From contig CBFGTS010000004.1 in assembly GCA_965652295.1 (NCBI GenBank), forward strand, positions 64,001 to 128,000: 64,000 nt of DNA, written 5' to 3'. Every line of letters begins with the position of its first letter. The stretch's first letter is position 1. The notes below the pieces were generated by a model, which did not search any database, was not told the origin of the DNA, and saw nothing but the letters and a program-made list of their open reading frames with translations. This DNA comes from an uncultured Haloferula sp. (GTDB taxonomy: Bacteria; Verrucomicrobiota; Verrucomicrobiia; Verrucomicrobiales; Akkermansiaceae). A program made the position numbers and the translations under genes. Below, piece after piece: positions 16,860 to 27,786 of the stretch.

Positions 16860-17705
16860 TCAGGTTGGTTCGGGAAACGGGGGAAGCATAGCGTGGATTT
16901 CCCCCGGGGATAGGCCGGATTCGCGGTAGGCGCGGATTGAACGGGCGTTGTCGCGCTTCGCCAACCGGCGGCCGGAATCATCGGTGACCAATGGGTGGTG
17001 AAGGTAGGTGGGCTCCGGGAAGCCGAGGAGTTTTTGCAGGAGCCGGTGGAGGTGGGTGGAGCCGAGCAGATCCTCACCGCGGGTGACGTGGGTGACGCGC
17101 TGGGCGGCGTCATCGGTGACGACCGCGAGGTGGTAGGAGGTGCCGATGTCGCGGCGGGCCAGCACGGCGTCGCCCAGGAGGAGAGGATCAACCTCGATCG
17201 TGCCGAAGCGCAGGTCGTCAAATGTCAGCTTCCCGCAACGCGCGGCGGCGGCGGTGGCATCGAGCCGCCAAGCGGGCTCGCGTTTCTCCGCGAACCGGTT
17301 CTGGATTTCCCGCGGGCTCAGGTGGCGGCAGGTGCCGGGATAGAGGGGCCCCTCGGGACCCTGCGGGGCGGAAGCCATGGCGGCGAGCTCGGCTTCGATC
17401 TCGCGGCGGGTGCAGAAGCAGGGGTAGAGGACGCCGAGGGCTTTGAGCGCTTCCAGTGTCGAGTCGTAGACCGGGCGGCGGTCCAGTTGACGCCAGGGGG
17501 GGGCGGTGTGGCGGATGTCCAGCCAGGCGAGGTCATTGATGGCGGCCTCATAATATTCGGGGCGGACGCGGGTGTGGTCGATGTCTTCGAAGCGGAGTAG
17601 ATACGTTCCTCCATGGCGTGCCGCCAGCTCCGCCGCGACCCATGCCGCGTAGGCGTGCCCCAGGTGGAGCGGCCCGGTGGGGCTCGGAGCGAAGCGGGTG
17701 ACCAT
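16860..17705 (-). CDS. gluQ: tRNA glutamyl-Q(34) synthetase
   Basis: RFAPSPTG.LHLGH, CFC...YPGTC, RLAKR; no anticodon-binding domain. Confidence 0.92.
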   Translation of the reverse strand: MVTRFAPSPTGPLHLGHAYAAWVAAELAARHGGTYLLRFEDIDHTRVRPEYYEAAINDLAWLDIRHTAPPWRQLDRRPVYDSTLEALKALGVLYPCFCTRREIEAELAAMASAPQGPEGPLYPGTCRHLSPREIQNRFAEKREPAWRLDATAAAARCGKLTFDDLRFGTIEVDPLLLGDAVLARRDIGTSYHLAVVTDDAAQRVTHVTRGEDLLGSTHLHRLLQKLLGFPEPTYLHHPLVTDDSGRRLAKRDNARSIRAYRESGLSPGEIHAMLPPFPEPT

Positions 17706-17838
17706 GGCGTGGCAAAATGCAGATTTCCCTGAGCGTCGCAAGCGACATGGACGGGCGGGCGGTCTTTCCCGGCTTTGGCATCGGGTTCTCCCGAGGCGTG
17801 CGGCTTGATCGCCGGTCTTCGGGAGCTAGGGTCGCGGC

Positions 17839-19023
17839 GTGATCTACCTCGATGCGAACGCGACGACCCCGATGCTGCCGGAAGTGTTGGAGGCGATGCT
17901 GCCGTGGCTGACCGAGCGTTTCAGCAACCCGAACGCCTCTTATCGGGGCGCGAAGGAAGCCCGGAAGGCCATTGAGACGGCGCGCGCACAGGTGGCGGCG
18001 CTGATCGGCGCGAAACCCGAAGAGATCGTTTTCACCGGCGGCGGGACGGAGAGCACCAACACGGCTCTGAAATGGCTGGCGCGGCTGGTGGGGCGGAAGT
18101 CGGGCCGCGTGGTGACTTCGGCGATCGAGCACAGCGCGGTGCTGAAGGTGATCGAGAATTTCGGCCAGGTGGGGTATGCGACGGAGATCTCCGGCGTCGA
18201 TGCCGGTGGTCGTCTCGACCTCGCTGCCTATGAAGAGGCCTGTGGGCGTGCGACGGAGGGCGGCGGGTTTTCATCGGTGATGTGGGTCAACAACGAGACC
18301 GGAGTGATCCAGCCGATCGTGGAGGCGCATGAAATCGCGAAGTCGAAGGGCCTGGCATTCCATACCGATGCAATCCAGGCGGCGGGCAAGGTGAAGATCG
18401 ACGTGTCCGATGTGCCGGTGGATTTCCTCTCCCTCAGCGCGCACAAATTCCACGGCCCGAAAGGAGTGGGGGCGCTCTACATCCGTTCGGGCTGCCGTTT
18501 CGAGCCGCTGCTGCGCGGGGGCGGTCAGGAGAAGGACCGTCGCAGTGGGACTGAAAACGTGGCGGGGATCGTGGCGATGGGAAAAGCGGCCGAGCTGGCC
18601 AAGCAGTGGATCGACGACGGACGCGACTTGCGGGCGTTGCGCGATGATTTCGAAGCGCGGGTAGTCGAGGGAACCGAAGGAGTGACGGTGAACGGCGACC
18701 TGATCCACCGGGTTTCCAGCACGAGCCATCTTTCCTTCGACCGGTGCGAGGCGGCGGGGTTGCTGATCCTGCTCGATGAGATGGGTGTCGCCTGCTCGGC
18801 GGGCAGTGCCTGCATGACGGGCAAGCAACAGCCGAGCCACGTGCAGAAGGCGATGGGTTTCCCGGATGCGAAAGCGAAGAGCAGCCTGCGGTTCGGCTTC
18901 AACCGTCTGAACACCCGCGAGGAAGCGGCCGAGGCGGCGGCCTGTGTGGTGAAGGCGGTGGAGAAACTGCGCCGGGTGCAGGGAGGGGGAGGCACGGGGC
19001 CGGTGGTGGTTTACACGCCGTAG
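17839..19023 (+). CDS. iscS: Cysteine desulfurase (IscS/NifS family)
   Basis: [30 protein letters not shown]. Confidence 0.9.
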   Translation: MIYLDANATTPMLPEVLEAMLPWLTERFSNPNASYRGAKEARKAIETARAQVAALIGAKPEEIVFTGGGTESTNTALKWLARLVGRKSGRVVTSAIEHSAVLKVIENFGQVGYATEISGVDAGGRLDLAAYEEACGRATEGGGFSSVMWVNNETGVIQPIVEAHEIAKSKGLAFHTDAIQAAGKVKIDVSDVPVDFLSLSAHKFHGPKGVGALYIRSGCRFEPLLRGGGQEKDRRSGTENVAGIVAMGKAAELAKQWIDDGRDLRALRDDFEARVVEGTEGVTVNGDLIHRVSSTSHLSFDRCEAAGLLILLDEMGVACSAGSACMTGKQQPSHVQKAMGFPDAKAKSSLRFGFNRLNTREEAAEAAACVVKAVEKLRRVQGGGGTGPVVVYTP

Positions 19024-19100
19024 CGGCACGCGGAGAAGCCGCGCCCGACCACTCGCTGAAAAAGCGGGCGACAGCCGGAGGCCTGCCTCTAGGGTGCCTC

Positions 19101-21086
19101 ATGGCCAATGCACTCGCGAACGAGACCTCGCCCTATCTCCTCCAGCACAAGGACAATCCGGTGGACTGGGTGCCGTGGGGCGAGGAGGCGTTCGAGAAGG
19201 CGCGCCGGGAGGACAAGCCGGTGTTTCTCTCGGTGGGCTATTCGACCTGCCACTGGTGCCACGTGATGGAGCGCGAGAGTTTCGAGAACGAGGCGATCGC
19301 GGCGGTGATGAACGAGGGCTTTGTGTGCGTGAAGGTGGACCGCGAGGAGCGGCCGGACGTGGATGCGGCGTTCATGGCCTTTGTGCAGGCGACGACGGGG
19401 CAGGGCGGCTGGCCGATGAGCGTGTGGTTGACGCCGGACGGGGAGCCCATTGTGGGCGGAACGTATTTCCCACCGGACGATCGCCACGGGCGTCCGGGTT
19501 TTCCGCGGCTCTGCCGGGAGATCGCGCGGTTGTGGAAGGAGGACCGGGTGAAAATGAAGGAGGCGGCCGAGCGCGTGGCGGCGCACTTGCGGGAGCAAAG
19601 TACGGTGGATGTCGTGGTTCGAGGCCTGCCGGACGCGAAGGTTTTCGGCGACTTCCTCGACAGCTGCGAATCGATGTTCGACTCCGAGTGGGGCGGCTGG
19701 GGGAACGCTCCGAAGTTTGCCCGCCCGGTGGTGCCGCGGGTCCTGCTCCAGCTTTCGGAGCGCTTCGGCTCGGAATCGGACGAGGGGGCGAGCTGCCTGC
19801 AGATGGTGGGACGGACGCTGGACCTGATGGCGGCCGGAGGAATGCACGACCAGATTGGCGGCGGGTTCCATCGCTATTCGGTCGATCGCTACTGGCACGT
19901 GCCGCACTACGAAAAGATGCTCTACGACCAGGCGCAGCTCCTCCATTTGTATCTCGATGGCTGGCAGGCTCTGGGCGAGGCGCGGTATGCCGAGGTGGCG
20001 GGCGGGATCGTGGATTACGTGCTGCGCGACCTGAAGGATCAGGCAGGTGGCTTTCATGCCGCGGAGGACGCGGACAGCGTCGATACCGATGGCGAGAAGA
20101 AAGAAGGAGCCTACTGGACGTGGACGGCCGGTGAGGTGCAGTCCCTGCTTTCTCCGGAAGACGCGGCCCTTGCCTGTGCGGCGTGGGGGATCGAGCTGGA
20201 AGGGAACGCGCGTCCCGCGAGCGATCCGCACGAAGAGCTGAGGGGGCGGAACACGCTCTTCCGGGCGATGGGGGAGGAACGTTTGGTCGAAACTTTCGGA
20301 GAGGATGCGGGGGAGCGCTTGGAACGGATCCGCCAACTTCTGCTGGAGGTGAGGAGCCGACGACACGCACCGCATCGCGACGACAAGATCATCACCGCGT
20401 GGAACGGCCTGATGGTCGGAGCTCTTGCCCGGGCGTCGCGGGTGCTGGGGCGGGATGATGCGGGGGAGGCGGCGCTGGAGGCGGCTCGCTTTGTGAAAAA
20501 GGAGCTGTTCCGGGACGGGAAGCTCTATCGGTCGTGGAGGCAGCGGGGTTCGGAGGTCGAGGCGTTTCCTGCGGATCATGCATTTCTGATCGAGGGCTTC
20601 CTCGAGCTGCATGCGATCGACGCGGGCGGATGGTTGGATGGAGCGGTGGCGCTTCAAGAGGCATTCGATCGAAGCTGTTGGAGCCAGGACAGGATTGGCT
20701 ATGTGATGCGCCCGGCGCTTGGTGACCGGGTGCTGATGAGCATTCGCGAGGATCACGACGGTGCGGAGCCGTCGCCGAACCATGTTGCGGCGGTGAATCT
20801 CCTGAAGCTTGAGGCGTTGACCGGCGAGAGCCGCTTCGGCACGAAGGCGGAGGCGCTCCTGCGGGCGGGCTCACTGGTCCTGGAGAAGCACGCTTTCTAT
20901 AGCCCCGTGCTGCTCGGTGCTCTGGACCTGCGCCTCAGGGGAGTCCGGAAATTCTCGGTGGGCAGTGTGGCGGATGACGCACGGCTCCGCGGTGCCTTCG
21001 AGCCTCGGAGCGTACATGAAATCGCAGACGGCGAGGAAATCACCGTCTGCGAGGGAGAGAGTTGCCGGAGGTGGGTCGCGGGCTGA
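19101..21086 (+). CDS. Thioredoxin-domain protein YyaL/DUF255 (SPATA20-like)
   Basis: [44 protein letters not shown]. Confidence 0.9.
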   Translation: MANALANETSPYLLQHKDNPVDWVPWGEEAFEKARREDKPVFLSVGYSTCHWCHVMERESFENEAIAAVMNEGFVCVKVDREERPDVDAAFMAFVQATTGQGGWPMSVWLTPDGEPIVGGTYFPPDDRHGRPGFPRLCREIARLWKEDRVKMKEAAERVAAHLREQSTVDVVVRGLPDAKVFGDFLDSCESMFDSEWGGWGNAPKFARPVVPRVLLQLSERFGSESDEGASCLQMVGRTLDLMAAGGMHDQIGGGFHRYSVDRYWHVPHYEKMLYDQAQLLHLYLDGWQALGEARYAEVAGGIVDYVLRDLKDQAGGFHAAEDADSVDTDGEKKEGAYWTWTAGEVQSLLSPEDAALACAAWGIELEGNARPASDPHEELRGRNTLFRAMGEERLVETFGEDAGERLERIRQLLLEVRSRRHAPHRDDKIITAWNGLMVGALARASRVLGRDDAGEAALEAARFVKKELFRDGKLYRSWRQRGSEVEAFPADHAFLIEGFLELHAIDAGGWLDGAVALQEAFDRSCWSQDRIGYVMRPALGDRVLMSIREDHDGAEPSPNHVAAVNLLKLEALTGESRFGTKAEALLRAGSLVLEKHAFYSPVLLGALDLRLRGVRKFSVGSVADDARLRGAFEPRSVHEIADGEEITVCEGESCRRWVAG

Positions 21087-21092
21087 GGCGGT

Positions 21093-21752
21093 TCAGACGA
21101 GACCCTTGCGGATCGCCTTGGAGACGGCCTCGGTCTGCGTGCGGACGTGCAGCTTGCGGTAAACGCTGCGCAGGTGCATGTCGACGGTGTGAAGGGAGAT
21201 GCTGAGTTCGTCGGCGATCTCCTTCTTGATGAGGCCCCGGACCATGGCGCTGAGGACTTCTTCCTCGCGGTTGGTGAGGGGCTCGGTTTCCTCGACCGGG
21301 CCGAGCTTGGCGAAGCCATCGAGGATCATGCTGGCGATCGCTCCGCTGAGCGGGGCGGCCCCGTGCATGACGTCGCGGATGCCGGCGATGATGTCATCGG
21401 GCTCGGCGGTCTTGAGGAGGTAGCCGGATGCTCCGTTGCAGAGGGCGCGGTAAACCCGTTCGCGGTCGTCGAAGGCGGTGAGGATGACGATCTTCTGTTG
21501 GGGATATCGTTCCTTCACTTCCCGCAGGACCTGAAGGCCGTCCTTGCCGGGCAGGCCGAGGTCGAAAAGCATGAGGTCGGGCAAAGGCGTACCGAAGTTG
21601 ATCTCGGAGTAGAGCTCGTTCGGGTGGGTGAAGACCTTTTCGCAATCGAGATCGTCCTCGGCGGAGATGAGCCGCGTCATCTGCTTCGCGAATTGAGGGT
21701 GATCCTCGAGGATCCAGATGCGGATGGTGGGTTCGGTCGATGGTTTGCTCAT
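21093..21752 (-). CDS. NarL/LuxR family response regulator
   Basis: Receiver domain (EDH, D, GYLLK) plus LuxR HTH (LTNREEEVL...KEIA). Confidence 0.92.
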   Translation of the reverse strand: MSKPSTEPTIRIWILEDHPQFAKQMTRLISAEDDLDCEKVFTHPNELYSEINFGTPLPDLMLFDLGLPGKDGLQVLREVKERYPQQKIVILTAFDDRERVYRALCNGASGYLLKTAEPDDIIAGIRDVMHGAAPLSGAIASMILDGFAKLGPVEETEPLTNREEEVLSAMVRGLIKKEIADELSISLHTVDMHLRSVYRKLHVRTQTEAVSKAIRKGLV

Positions 21753-23761
21753 GCCGCGGCTTTGGTTGCGATGAGATTTGCTCTTTTCACCTCCAGACGC
21801 AAGCGCGTCCCTTCGCCGGGAGCAGATTCCACATCGAACCGGCCTTCCAGCACTTCGGCGCGGGCGAGGAGCTTTTTGACAGCAGCGGCTTTGCCGGCTT
21901 GATCGGTGGGAAGACCGACGCCGTCATCCTCGACTTCCATGATCAGCGAGTCGCGGTTGTCGAAAATGCGCACGCGGACGTTGCTGGCCTGGGAGTGCTT
22001 GAGGATGTTGTGGAGGGCCTCTTTGTAGAACAGGAAAAGATGACGTTTGGCCTCAAGGGTGAGCTTGAGGGCGGTGCGGTTCGACTTGCAGGTCATGTCG
22101 AACTGCATGTCGCGCAGCAGCCGGTCGGCGGTATTGCGCATGCGTTCGACGAAGTCGCCGATGCTGTCCTGGTTGCGTTCCAGCAGCCAGACGATGTCGC
22201 GCATGGCGAGGGAGCTTTCCCGGGCGATGGTTTCCATCTCCTCCAGATCCTCGGCGAGGGTGTCGGGATCGTGCGAGCGCTGGAGGTCCTTTTTGGCGGA
22301 GCGGGCGATGAGCGAGATGCTGCCGAGGTTGCTGCCGATGTCATCGTGCAGGTCGGAGGCGATGCGCCGGCGGAGCTGGTCGATGTGCTTGCGGGAAACG
22401 AGGCGGCGGCGTTCGAACAGCGCGACGGGGATGAGGAAGGTGAGGCCGATGGCGACCGAGGCTCCCCAGGTGGCGTTGATTTCCGACTCGGCGGCGAGGC
22501 TCACGCGGGCGGGAAGCAGACGGGCGAGTTCCGCTTCGATCTTCTCCCGCTCGCTGATTTCGTGAAGCCAGGTGCCCACGGGGAAGATGGGCTGCCCGTT
22601 GGCGCGGCCGTCCGTCAGCTCCTGCGAAGCAGGGAGGGTGGTTCCATCGCTCACGCTCAGGATGGGAGTGAGGCCGGCGGCAAGGTTGCGACCGAGCGAC
22701 CAGATCTCGATTTCCGAGAGAGCGGCGATGTGGAGCTTGCCAATGCTGAGGGGGACCGAGCCGCGGATCGTGACGTAGCGTCCGGTTTGGCCCCGAAGCG
22801 GAACGGTGGCCGGGCTGAAGGTCTCTCCGCCGGTGCAGCCAGAGAAATCCGTCTCGTCCGGCTCCGGCGTTTCGCTCACCGCGACCTGGATCACGCCGGG
22901 CAGCGCGGAGGTGCCGCCGACCTCAGGGAGCTCGAAGGGATACAGCGTGGTGCGGTCGATCGCGTGGGACTCCCCGAGATCGAACTGCCAGGTGACGATG
23001 TCGGACGGGCCGGTGAGTTCGAGCAGCTGGCCGCGGGATGCGTTCCATTTGCCGGATTGCCAGGTGCCGAGCGGCGATTGCCCGTCAATCGCGTACTCCG
23101 GCTTCCATTGGAAGGGGCTGTCCATGCTGCCCGTGCCGGAGGCGGTGGCCGTCAGGGAAACGGGTTGGTCGCCGGAAAGGACCATCATTTCCGCGATCAT
23201 CGAGAGGGTGTGGGTGCCGCGGGCATGACCGGCATCCACCGTGAGACGCACGTAGCGGGCATCGAGGTCCCGGGCGTAGGCGCGCAGCGGGTAGCCTTGT
23301 TCCTGATTCTCGATGGTGCCGGCAGGCGTGGAGTAGACCGTGGTGGCGTCGGAGAAATCCGCCGCCCGGGCGGCCTCGATCGTCAGCCGTTGCGGAAACA
23401 AGCGCCGAGTTTCGCCAAAGGGCGGAAGCGCGGGGATCAGGTAGATGTCACTCAGCGGGTAGATTTCGCCGAGGTCGAGCGTGAGGGTCGGCTTCGCCGC
23501 ACCCTGTTCCTGGATCGCCCGCCAGCCAAACTGCTGTTTCACCGGTTTGGGCAGGTAGGGAGCCATCTCCCGAACTCGGTGATTCAGGGAATCGATCCGC
23601 TGTTCGAGCTCCGCGAGCTCGGGGTTGATGATGCGGGCCATCCGGCTGATGGGATCGGTGGACTGGGCCGCACGGTCGGGAAGCGGGGCGCTTCCTAACA
23701 GCGGGGTCACACCGACCAGCATCGCGCCGGCCGTGATCAGGCTGGTTTTGTGGGACAACAT
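21749..23761 (-). CDS. HisKA_3 sensor histidine kinase with discoidin-like periplasmic domains
   Basis: Signal peptide, two 'DLGE...RYV' F5/8-type domains, TM segment, RIASDLHDDIGSNL, EALHN, DDGVG. Confidence 0.88.
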   Translation of the reverse strand: MLSHKTSLITAGAMLVGVTPLLGSAPLPDRAAQSTDPISRMARIINPELAELEQRIDSLNHRVREMAPYLPKPVKQQFGWRAIQEQGAAKPTLTLDLGEIYPLSDIYLIPALPPFGETRRLFPQRLTIEAARAADFSDATTVYSTPAGTIENQEQGYPLRAYARDLDARYVRLTVDAGHARGTHTLSMIAEMMVLSGDQPVSLTATASGTGSMDSPFQWKPEYAIDGQSPLGTWQSGKWNASRGQLLELTGPSDIVTWQFDLGESHAIDRTTLYPFELPEVGGTSALPGVIQVAVSETPEPDETDFSGCTGGETFSPATVPLRGQTGRYVTIRGSVPLSIGKLHIAALSEIEIWSLGRNLAAGLTPILSVSDGTTLPASQELTDGRANGQPIFPVGTWLHEISEREKIEAELARLLPARVSLAAESEINATWGASVAIGLTFLIPVALFERRRLVSRKHIDQLRRRIASDLHDDIGSNLGSISLIARSAKKDLQRSHDPDTLAEDLEEMETIARESSLAMRDIVWLLERNQDSIGDFVERMRNTADRLLRDMQFDMTCKSNRTALKLTLEAKRHLFLFYKEALHNILKHSQASNVRVRIFDNRDSLIMEVEDDGVGLPTDQAGKAAAVKKLLARAEVLEGRFDVESAPGEGTRLRLEVKRANLIATKAAA

Positions 23762-23939
23762 GGGACGAAGGGGTCAGCGCCCATGTGTTTAACTAAATTT
23801 TAAAATTCAGGCAACTTTTTTTGAACGTTTCCTGAATTAGATAGTCGTCCTAATGAATAGGATTTCCGTAGGTCTTTGAAAATACCGCGTTTCCGCCTAC
23901 GGGATCGCGGGGGTAGTCACGCGGATTTTTTCCCGATTT

Positions 23940-25142
23940 CTACAGCGTGTGGCCCATCCGGTCGCGTTTGGTGCTGAGGTAGCGCTCGTTGTGGGGGTTG
24001 GCCGTGAGGCGGATCGGAAGCTGCGCGACGATCTCCAGGCCGTAGCCCTCGAGGCCGATGACTTTTTTAGGATTGTTGGTGAGCAGGCGGATTTTTCCGA
24101 CGCCGAGGTCCTGGAGGATCTGGGCTCCCATGCCGTAGTCCCGGAGGTCTGCTGAAAATCCCAGCTTCTCGTTGGCCTCGATGGTGTCGAGCCCCTGCTC
24201 TTGGAGTTTGTAGGCGTGGATTTTGGCAGCGAGGCCGATTCCGCGGCCTTCTTGGCGCAGGTAGAGGAGCACGCCTCCTTCCTTGGAAATGTGCGCCAGG
24301 GCGGCATCGAGTTGGCCACCGCAGTCGCAGCGCTTGGAAAGGAAGACATCGCCGGTGAGGCACTCGGAGTGGACGCGGACGAGCGTCGGCTGGTCGCGAC
24401 GGATCTCGCCGCGACTCAAGGCGAGGTGGTGGGTGCCGTCGGTTTCGATCCGATAGAGGTGGCAGTCGAAATCGCCATGATCGGTGGGCAGCTTGATGGT
24501 TTCCTCCCGGACCACCAGCTTCTCCGACCGGCGGCGCCATTCGATGAGCTGGGCGATGGTGCAGGCCTTGAGCCCGTGTTTTTTCTGAAATCCGCCGAGT
24601 TCGCCGACGCGGGCCATGGTGCCGTCGTCGTTCATGATCTCGCAGATCACGCCGGCAGGGGGAAGGCCGGCGAGGCGGGCGAGGTCGATGGCGGCCTCGG
24701 TGTGGCCGGCGCGCCGGAGGGTGCCGCCCGGCATGCCCTGGATGGGAAACACGTGTCCTGGCTGGACGAAGTCGTCCGCATTGGCCGCGGGCGCGGCGAG
24801 GAGGCGGATGCAGCGGGCGCGGTCCGCGGCGGAAATGCCGGTGGTGATGCCGGTGGCGGCATCGACCGAGATGGTGAAGGCGGTTTTGTGGCCCTCGCGG
24901 TTGCGACGGGCCATCTGGGGCAGCTCCATCGCCTCGGCACGCTCGGCGGTGATCGGGGCACAGATGAGGCCGCGGGCATGAACGGCCATGAAAGAGACGA
25001 TTTCCGGCGTGCAGAGGGCGGCCGCGCCGATGAGATCGGCTTCGTTTTCGCGCTCGGGGTCGTCGGCGACGATCACCAACCTGCCGGCGGCGATGTCGGC
25101 GATGATTTCATCGATCGGGCTGAAGTGAAGAGCGGTGGCCAT
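23940..25142 (-). CDS. ribBA: Bifunctional DHBP synthase/GTP cyclohydrolase II
   Basis: [22 protein letters not shown]...[18 protein letters not shown]. Confidence 0.96.
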   Translation of the reverse strand: MATALHFSPIDEIIADIAAGRLVIVADDPERENEADLIGAAALCTPEIVSFMAVHARGLICAPITAERAEAMELPQMARRNREGHKTAFTISVDAATGITTGISAADRARCIRLLAAPAANADDFVQPGHVFPIQGMPGGTLRRAGHTEAAIDLARLAGLPPAGVICEIMNDDGTMARVGELGGFQKKHGLKACTIAQLIEWRRRSEKLVVREETIKLPTDHGDFDCHLYRIETDGTHHLALSRGEIRRDQPTLVRVHSECLTGDVFLSKRCDCGGQLDAALAHISKEGGVLLYLRQEGRGIGLAAKIHAYKLQEQGLDTIEANEKLGFSADLRDYGMGAQILQDLGVGKIRLLTNNPKKVIGLEGYGLEIVAQLPIRLTANPHNERYLSTKRDRMGHTL

Positions 25143-25249
25143 GCGAGGCGGGAAGGCTCGACCTTCCGGGTCCCGGGGTCAAGGAAGGGGAGCGCGGCGG
25201 AGCGGATGGCTGCTTGCGGGGACGCCGGGCGGACGTAGGGTGGAGGGTT

Positions 25250-25465
25250 ATGTCCGACCATATTTACAAGAAAATCGAGCTGGTGGGTTCGTCTCCGAAC
25301 ACGGTGGAGGAAGCGGTGAACAACGCCGTGGCGAAGGCATCGGCCAGCGTCCGCCACATGCGCTGGCTGGAGGTGAAGGAGATCCGCGGGCACATCGAGG
25401 ATCAGAAGGTCGCCCACTGGCAGGTGACGGTGAAGATCGGGTTCACGCTGGATGAGGGGGCGTGA
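25250..25465 (+). CDS. Dodecin (flavin-binding)
   Basis: [10 protein letters not shown]...WLEVKEIRG...WQVTVKIGF; preceded by a GGAGG RBS. Confidence 0.92.
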   Translation: MSDHIYKKIELVGSSPNTVEEAVNNAVAKASASVRHMRWLEVKEIRGHIEDQKVAHWQVTVKIGFTLDEGA

Positions 25466-25476
25466 GTCCACACTGA

Positions 25477-27507
25477 CTACTCCGGCGCCGTGGCGAGGTA
25501 GTCTTCCATGATCTGCCGGATCTGAAGGGAGAGCGGGTCTTGTCCGCGGTAGGCAGCCATGGCTTCAGGGGAATCGATCCGCTCAGCGGTGGCGTGGGAA
25601 ACGTGGTGGCTCTCAATGAGGCGGTCCACCCCGGTCCAGACGGCAAAGAGGCAGGCGGTTGCGGTGAGCGGACGGGTGAGGGCTCGGAGGGCGGTCGCTG
25701 CCTGAAGTCGGCGGTGGCCGCTGTAAAGCAAGGTGCCGAACGATAACAAAAAGAGCACGAGAAGAAGGCCGAGCATGCCGAAGAACGACAGCCAGATCGG
25801 TTCCGGATCGATATCGGGGAAAAAGCGATCGAGCTGCATCAGTGCGGTTGCGGTGGGAGCGCAGGCCAAGGCGAGAAGTCCGAGGAGCAGTAGCGGAGTT
25901 CGGGCGATCGGCCGAAAACCCAGAGGGGCTGCCCGGCGGGTGAGAGCAAGGCTGATCTCGCGGACGGTGAGGAAGAGGACGGCGACGATGAGTGAGGCGA
26001 GCTTCAAGAGCACGGCTGCGGCGTGGAGGCCGTTCATCGTGGTATCGCGCGGATGGAGAAACGGAATTTCCAGCGTGGCGACGATGAATGCCGTAGGTGC
26101 GAGGATGCCGAGGAGGAAGACCCGGACGTAGTCGCGGGGAAGGAGCACGCTGGAGACCCGGGCCGGGAGCCAGAGGAGGCGGCTGGAGGAAGTGAGGGAG
26201 AGCGTGGACAGGATGCCGAGGAGGATGAGCGTGATGATCATCGCGTAGGTGAGGTAGAGGCTTTCGAACATGCGGTGTTCGGCGAGGCGGGCATAAGGTG
26301 CTGGTTGGCCATGGAAGGATATTGAGGACCTTTGAGTATCCAGACCGGGCACCTTACTGGTGAGACGTATGATCTCCTTCTGGTGGTCTAAGTAGGAGTC
26401 GAAGAACTCCGCTTCGTTCGGCAATCCAGCGTGCTCGCACGCGCGTGCCATGCTTTGAGCGGAAAGCACGGTGAAGTTCCAGTGTTTGGCATCGCCCCCC
26501 ATGGTTTCCGAAACCAATGAGGCCAATGTCGCCCTCCACAGCCTTGCAAGGGATGCGATGTCCCTGGGCTGGTTGGAGGCACGCCAACCTTCCGCCCTCC
26601 CAACGAAAAGATAGGCGAGGCGCGAGAAGCAGAGGGGTGGATTGATGGCTTTCGCATCGGAGACGATGGCCAGGTCGAGGCCGATATCGGAGAATTGTGT
26701 GGGTGCGGGCCAATTCTTGAAACGTGCGTCAAGCCGCTCATCGCAACGATCTGCGATGAATTGTGAACCCAGTGCTTTTTCGAGCAGGAACCAAGCCTGT
26801 TCGTAGCTTTTGGAGTCGACGAGAAGCCTCTCTTTAGGTTCCCAGCGGGGCTCATAACCGACGTCTTCGTCGAAGGCCTTGCCTGTCAAAAGCGTGGAAA
26901 TGACGAGGTGATAGTATCCGTTCCCCGGGTCGATTTTCTCAGCTTGAAGAAGAAGCGAATCGAAGTCGGCGTCGGGCATCACGGATTCCCTACGGAATCG
27001 TTCGGCAAAGGTCGCTGGTTCCGCCGGAGTTCCTTTCCATGCAGCCAGCCACCGCTTGTCGGGCTGGAGCTGACCTGTGTCGCCTAAAACGAGATCGACC
27101 TTTGAGGCGGGAACCCTTGTTGCAAGCGTGGAGTAAAGGGAGAAAGGTCTCCACCGCTGCTCCCAGCTCAATGTCTCAAAGATTCGGAGAAGCCTATCGG
27201 CACGGATGTCGGGTTCCGTAAATCCGATTTGTGAAACGAGTGCGATTCCACGCCATCTTTCAGTCGCTCCAGGACTCGCAACCACAAGCCAAAAGAGTCC
27301 CAGGGAAATGAAGGCGAGGGTGATGGTGAGCAGGTGGCTTTTGCGGGAGCGAGGGGGAGGTGACGGATCCACGGGGTGGCTCTCCAGGGGCACGGCCGTG
27401 GCGGCCTCGAAGAGGAGGTGGCGACGTTGCTCGTTCTTTGGATCGTCATCGGGGTAGGAGTCGATGACGGCGTCGATCCAAGGGTTTTTGGGTGGGCTTT
27501 GTGGCAT
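25477..27507 (-). CDS. Hypothetical polytopic membrane protein
   Basis: N-terminal TM, soluble domain with DPGNGYY, about five C-terminal TMs. Start uncertain because the ATG lies inside a REP. Confidence 0.65.
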   Translation of the reverse strand: MPQSPPKNPWIDAVIDSYPDDDPKNEQRRHLLFEAATAVPLESHPVDPSPPPRSRKSHLLTITLAFISLGLFWLVVASPGATERWRGIALVSQIGFTEPDIRADRLLRIFETLSWEQRWRPFSLYSTLATRVPASKVDLVLGDTGQLQPDKRWLAAWKGTPAEPATFAERFRRESVMPDADFDSLLLQAEKIDPGNGYYHLVISTLLTGKAFDEDVGYEPRWEPKERLLVDSKSYEQAWFLLEKALGSQFIADRCDERLDARFKNWPAPTQFSDIGLDLAIVSDAKAINPPLCFSRLAYLFVGRAEGWRASNQPRDIASLARLWRATLASLVSETMGGDAKHWNFTVLSAQSMARACEHAGLPNEAEFFDSYLDHQKEIIRLTSKVPGLDTQRSSISFHGQPAPYARLAEHRMFESLYLTYAMIITLILLGILSTLSLTSSSRLLWLPARVSSVLLPRDYVRVFLLGILAPTAFIVATLEIPFLHPRDTTMNGLHAAAVLLKLASLIVAVLFLTVREISLALTRRAAPLGFRPIARTPLLLLGLLALACAPTATALMQLDRFFPDIDPEPIWLSFFGMLGLLLVLFLLSFGTLLYSGHRRLQAATALRALTRPLTATACLFAVWTGVDRLIESHHVSHATAERIDSPEAMAAYRGQDPLSLQIRQIMEDYLATAPE

Positions 27508-27786
27508 GACCGCGTCCTACGACGAGTCGGAGGTTCCGGTCATGAAAAGGGGAGCTGCGTCTGAGGGGAAGGCGGATTGTGGTGGGTGGCTTCGGACTGC
27601 CGGGATCATGACCGAGACGGTCATGCCACTGGTAGGGTGAGCGGGCTTGGCGGATGGAATCCGCCGCTACGGAGGGGGTGGCTTCGGACTGCCGGGATTC
27701 ATGACCGAGACCTCCGACTCGTCGGGGCGCGCGGTCATGCCACTGGTGGGGTGGGTGGGCTTGGCGGATGGAATCCGCCGCCACGG
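27501..27786. repeat. BIME-like mosaic of REP elements
   Basis: Long REP (+) 27501-27546 is inverted to 27698-27743. Direct repeat 27584-27672 / 27676-27786 contains GTGG-CATGACCG hairpins and GTAG/GTGG-CGGCGGATTCCATCCGCC hairpins. Confidence 0.85.

Noticed and set aside
21740..23698. 652-aa + strand ORF (likewise 5505..6992 +, 19089..20783 -, 52054..53511 +, 55363..57513 + and others)
   Set aside because: Antisense to well-supported genes, with no recognisable motifs; typical high-GC shadow ORFs.
25143..25249. FMN riboswitch upstream of ribBA
   Set aside because: The region is too short and lacks conserved RFN sequence elements.
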